Part shown: in pieces, positions 9,680 to 12,515 of the stretch
Numbering within the stretch: position 1 is the stretch's first letter
Layout of the letters: every line of letters begins with the position of its first letter
Assembly (NCBI GenBank): GCA_963827755.1
Contig: CAWHCQ010000045.1
Location: 1-12,515, forward strand
Reading direction: 5' to 3'
Length of the DNA stretch: 12,515 bases
Origin: an uncultured Gammaproteobacteria bacterium
GTDB lineage: Bacteria; Pseudomonadota; Gammaproteobacteria; UBA9214
Notes under the pieces: generated by a model
Seen by the model: the letters and a program-made list of their open reading frames with translations, nothing else
What the model was told of the DNA's origin: nothing
Database searches by the model: none
Program-made: the position numbers and the translations under genes

Positions 9680-9967
9680 TCAGCCGGAATCAGCCGGCTT
9701 CTTCGCCTTTGCAGTGCCACCCGATTCGGCCGCCTTGGCCGGTTTCTTTTCTTTCTTGTCAGCCTGGGCAACATTTTTCTTGTTACCCGTTTTGAAATCG
9801 GTTTCATACCAGCCCCCGCCCTTGAGCCTGAAGGCAGGCGAAGAAACCAGTTTCCTGAGCGTGGCCTTGCCGCACAGCGGACAGTCGATCAGTGGTGATT
9901 CACTGATCTTTTGCAGGGTATCGAAAATATGACCGCAGGCATCACACTTGTATTCATAAATCGGCAT
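9680..9967 (-). CDS. FmdB-family zinc-ribbon protein (95 aa)
   Basis: [12 protein letters not shown]...CPLCG...[13 protein letters not shown] followed by a Lys/Ala-rich tail. Start placed at ATG 9967; the longer 299-aa ORF merely runs antisense into the ABC gene. Confidence 0.93.
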   Translation of the reverse strand: MPIYEYKCDACGHIFDTLQKISESPLIDCPLCGKATLRKLVSSPAFRLKGGGWYETDFKTGNKKNVAQADKKEKKPAKAAESGGTAKAKKPADSG

Positions 9968-10030
9968 GGCAAAAATCCGTCTTCGGGCGGCAGCGCCCGA
10001 TATTTTCCGTATCGAAAATACAAAACCTGT

Positions 10031-10036
10031 ATTATA
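10031..10036 (-). promoter_or_regulatory. Candidate sigma70 -10 box (TATAAT) for the zinc ribbon-aspS-nudB transcript
   Basis: Perfect TATAAT on the minus strand about 64 nt upstream of ATG 9967, in an AT-rich divergent intergenic region; no good -35 at 17 bp. Confidence 0.45.
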
Positions 10037-10172
10037 CAGACCCACGGGAGTCAGGTGATAGCCAAAATATCTGCACAAACGTGATCCAGTGAGGCGAGGC
10101 CCCGGGTTTCGAGGTACAAACCAGTCAACCGGCACTTCCCGCCGATTCCATGCACGCCCCGCGTAGATAGTG

Positions 10173-11996
10173 ATGATCAGACGACCTGTCAGCCTGCCGG
10201 ACCCGAACGGAAATGACCTGAAAACGCTGCGTTCGCTGGCGCCTTTCCTGTGGCTGTACCGCGGCCGGGTGCTCGCCGCCCTGGCGTGCCTGGTGCTGGC
10301 CAAGGTGGCCAATGTCGGCGTCCCGCTGGTTCTGAAGAACATCGTCGACAACCTCGACATCAACTCCGGTGCATTGATCGTGCTGCCGCTGACCCTGCTG
10401 CTGCTATACGGCCTGCTGAAGCTGGCCAGTTCGCTGTTCAACGAACTGCGCGATGCGGTGTTTGCACGAGTACGCCACGGCGCAATGCGCCGTGTCTCCA
10501 TCAAGGTGCTGGAACACCTGCACAGGCTCTCGCTGCGTTTCCACCTGGAACGCAAGACCGGCGGCCTGTCCCGCGACATCGACCGCGGTACCCGCAGCGT
10601 CAGCTCGCTGATGAATTACATGGTTTTCAGCATCCTGCCGACGCTGGTGGAGATCAGCCTGATCGCCGTCATCCTGCTGGTGAAGTATGACGCCATGTTT
10701 GCGGTCATCACCTTCGTCTCGGTGATTGTTTATATCGTATTCACCATGAAGATTACCGAGTGGCGCATGAAATACAGGGTCGCCATGAACGCACAGGACT
10801 CGCAGGCCAACACCCTCGCGATCGACAGCCTGCTGAACTATGAAACGGTCAAATACTTCGGCAACGAAGAGCATGAATTGCAGCGCTACAGTGAACGCCT
10901 GCATGAATGGGAAAAGTCCGCCATCAAGAGCCAGACCTCGCTGGCTTTACTGAACTTCGGGCAGGCCGCCATTATCGCGGTTGCCGTGACGCTGATGATG
11001 ATCAAGGCGGCACAGGGTGTGGTCGCGGGCAGCATGACGCTGGGCGACCTGGTGCTGGTGAATGCATTCCTGCTGCAACTGTTTATTCCGCTGAATTTCC
11101 TCGGCATCGTCTACAGCCAGCTGAAACATGCACTGGCCGACATGCGCCTGATGTTCGATGTGCTGGAACAGGAACCTGAAATCATCGACCGCCCCGCGGC
11201 GCCTGACCTGAACGCGGATAATGCGGAAGTGCGTTTTGAACATGTTTCTTTCGCCTATGATGCCGACCGGCCGATCCTGCATGACATCAGCTTCAGCATT
11301 CCCCCGGGTCGCAAGGTGGCGGTGGTCGGTCCCAGCGGCGCAGGCAAGTCCACCCTTGCCCGCCTGCTGTACCGCTTCTACGACATCACGGCAGGAAGCA
11401 TATTCATCAACGGCCAGGACATCAGCCAGGTCACGCAGAAAAGTCTCCGCCAGGCCATCGGCATCGTTCCCCAGGATACCGTGCTGTTCAATGACTCGCT
11501 GCTTTACAACATCGCCTACGCACGCCCCGAAGCCACCCAGGCGCAAATCGAGGCAGCCGCACGCATGGCCAATATCCACAGCTTCATCGACAGCCTGCCG
11601 CAGGGCTACGACACGGTGGTCGGGGAACGCGGCCTGAAACTCTCCGGCGGTGAAAAACAGCGCGTCGCCATCGCCCGCGCCATCCTGAAAAACCCGCGCA
11701 TCCTGGTGTTCGACGAAGCCACCTCCAGCCTCGATTCGCACTCGGAACAAAGCATCCTCGACGCCCTGCGCGAAGTCGCCACCAACCACACCACCCTGGT
11801 GATCGCCCACCGGCTGTCAACCATCGTCGATGCCGACAACATCCTCGTCATGGAAGCAGGCCGCATCGTCGAACAAGGCCCGCACCAGCAACTGCTCGAG
11901 AAGAACGGCAGCTACGCGCGGTTGTGGAAAATGCAACAGGAAAAATCCCGAGAGGAACTGGCTGCCGACCTGCAGCCGCTGTTGCAGGACAACTAA
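10173..11996 (+). CDS. ABCB-family fused permease/ATPase, ATM1/AtmA-like exporter (glutathione or metal conjugates)
   Basis: N-terminal TM domain with LHRLSLRFHLERKTGGLSRDIDRG, DSLLNYETVKYF and QLFIPLNFLG (ATM1-type). Walker A GPSGAGKS, Q-loop VPQD, signature LSGGEKQ, Walker B ILVFDEATS, IAHRLST. Start is ATG 10173 or GTG 10170. Confidence 0.93.
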   Translation: MIRRPVSLPDPNGNDLKTLRSLAPFLWLYRGRVLAALACLVLAKVANVGVPLVLKNIVDNLDINSGALIVLPLTLLLLYGLLKLASSLFNELRDAVFARVRHGAMRRVSIKVLEHLHRLSLRFHLERKTGGLSRDIDRGTRSVSSLMNYMVFSILPTLVEISLIAVILLVKYDAMFAVITFVSVIVYIVFTMKITEWRMKYRVAMNAQDSQANTLAIDSLLNYETVKYFGNEEHELQRYSERLHEWEKSAIKSQTSLALLNFGQAAIIAVAVTLMMIKAAQGVVAGSMTLGDLVLVNAFLLQLFIPLNFLGIVYSQLKHALADMRLMFDVLEQEPEIIDRPAAPDLNADNAEVRFEHVSFAYDADRPILHDISFSIPPGRKVAVVGPSGAGKSTLARLLYRFYDITAGSIFINGQDISQVTQKSLRQAIGIVPQDTVLFNDSLLYNIAYARPEATQAQIEAAARMANIHSFIDSLPQGYDTVVGERGLKLSGGEKQRVAIARAILKNPRILVFDEATSSLDSHSEQSILDALREVATNHTTLVIAHRLSTIVDADNILVMEAGRIVEQGPHQQLLEKNGSYARLWKMQQEKSREELAADLQPLLQDN

Positions 11997-12063
11997 CGTT
12001 GTTGTTTTGATTGGGTTTGCCCTGTTGGGCACGGTGCTTTTCTTGTTTTGTCTATTTGTTGGG

Positions 12064-12087
12064 GCGCCTTGCAGGCGCGGTTTTATT
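12064..12087 (+). terminator. Possible intrinsic terminator of the ABC transporter formed by the REP-like hairpin
   Basis: GCGCCT-TGC-AGGCGC stem followed by GGTTTTATT, 68 nt after the stop codon; the U-tract is imperfect. Confidence 0.3.
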
Positions 12088-12141
12088 GGATGCGGGCTTT
12101 CGCGCCCGCCGGCGAGGTGCTTTTCTTTGCTGCGTCGATTT

Positions 12142-12163
12142 GTAGGAGCGCCTTGCAGGCGCG
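12142..12163 (+). repeat. GTAG-type REP sequence (family A)
   Basis: GTAG-GA-GCGCCT-TGC-AGGCGC-G: GTAG tetranucleotide followed by a short palindrome, the layout of RAYT-associated REPs. A degenerate copy (GTTG-GG...) lies at 12058-12079. Confidence 0.7.
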
Positions 12164-12175
12164 GTTTTATTGGAT

Positions 12176-12396
12176 GCGGGCTCTCGCGCCCGCGCGGCGA
12201 GATACTTTTCTTTGCTCCGCCAAAGAAACGTATCCAAAAGAAAGGCGGCCCGAAGGCTTGCCCGCCCTGCGCGGGTTCCCTGCGCTTCTCGCGAAAACCG
12301 GCGCATGCGCAACTCGCAATCTCGCTGCGCTCGAAAGCTCAAACAGGGCGCATGCTTCATCCGGTTTTCACTGCGATGCTCGGCTGCGCCTACGGG
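12176..12396. other. Highly structured non-coding element (candidate non-autonomous mobile repeat or structured RNA/ssDNA)
   Basis: Complementary segments: 12176-81/12188-93; 12182-87/12197-202; 12201-14/12221-34; 12217-21/12244-48; 12249-57/12388-96; 12261-65/12271-75; 12289-92/12373-76; 12293-301/12361-69; 12303-10/12348-55. Confidence 0.7.
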
Positions 12397-12436
12397 AGGG
12401 GTAGATCAAAATCTTAAAACCTGGAACCATAGCCAG

Positions 12437-12515
12437 GTAGGATGGGTAAAGCGCAGCGTACCCATCAGGGTTCGGTGCTTTGATGGGTACGGCCTTCGGC
12501 CTTTACCCATCCTAC
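12437..12515. repeat. Inverted REP doublet (REPIN/BIME-like), GTAG family B
   Basis: Left REP (+, 12437-12467) is GTAGGATGGGTAAAGCGCAGCGTACCCATCA. Right REP (-, 12481-12515) is GTAGGATGGGTAAAGGCCGAAGGCCGTACCCATCA. The spacer is 13 bp and the outer 14 nt are perfect inverted repeats. Confidence 0.88.

Larger units (their letters stand above)
12033..12216. repeat. Imperfect tandem repeat, period ~84 bp, about 2.2 copies
   Basis: GCGCCTTGCAGGCGCGGTTTTATTGGATGCGGGCT is identical at 12064 and 12148; GGTGCTTTTC/GATACTTTTC recurs at 12033, 12116 and 12201. Confidence 0.92.

Noticed and set aside
3-9932. Long plus-strand ORFs opposite the housekeeping genes (e.g. 166..945, 1941..2930, 4844..5779, 5685..6512)
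   Set aside because: Shadow ORFs expected in GC-rich coding DNA; no motifs, and they overlap well-supported minus-strand genes.
10027-10039. LexA box in the divergent promoter
   Set aside because: CTGT-N5-ACAG spacing is 3 bp too short; kept only as an unassigned palindrome.
9968-10579. N-terminal extension of the 299-aa ORF 9680..10579
   Set aside because: It is antisense to the ABC transporter and crosses the promoter region; the FmdB domain starts at MPIYEY (9967).
12033-12216. Possible CRISPR array
   Set aside because: Only two full copies, the intervening sequences resemble each other instead of being unique spacers, and there are no cas genes.
12248-12257. C(UUCG)G tetraloop on the minus strand of the structured element
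   Set aside because: Only a 3-bp stem, and it conflicts with the longer 12249-57/12388-96 helix, so it was not used as evidence for an RNA.
12176-12396. tRNA, SRP, 6S, tmRNA, riboswitch or IS-end identity for the structured element
   Set aside because: No cloverleaf/T-loop or other signature I recognise, no terminal inverted repeats with target duplication, and no transposase in the window; an Rfam/ISfinder search is still needed.
11830-12417. ORFs 11830..12417(+), 12048..12404(+) and 12052..12360(-), including the repeated peptide FVGAPCRRGFIGCGLSRP
   Set aside because: They are translations of the repeats and palindromes (84 bp is 28 codons, so the peptide repeats). No recognisable domain, biased composition, and one overlaps the ABC gene out of frame.

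Overview
GC-rich gammaproteobacterial chromosomal segment, mostly a housekeeping cluster on the minus strand: FmdB-family zinc ribbon, aspS (non-discriminating type), nudB, two extra hydrolase genes (a lower-GC amidohydrolase lipoprotein and an alpha/beta hydrolase), yebC, ruvC, ruvA, ruvB, ybgC, tolQ, tolR and tolA (truncated at the window edge). A divergent ATM1/AtmA-like ABC exporter lies on the plus strand. The last ~520 bp appear non-coding and are the most unusual part. They contain an ~84-bp tandem duplication carrying a GTAG-type REP, then a ~220-bp highly structured element with two potential pseudoknots (one with the sequence pattern of a pyrimidine-motif triple helix on the minus strand) and a long multi-stem domain, and finally an inverted doublet of a second GTAG REP family ending exactly at the last base. 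All calls come from reading the sequence by eye; no database searches or folding programs were run.
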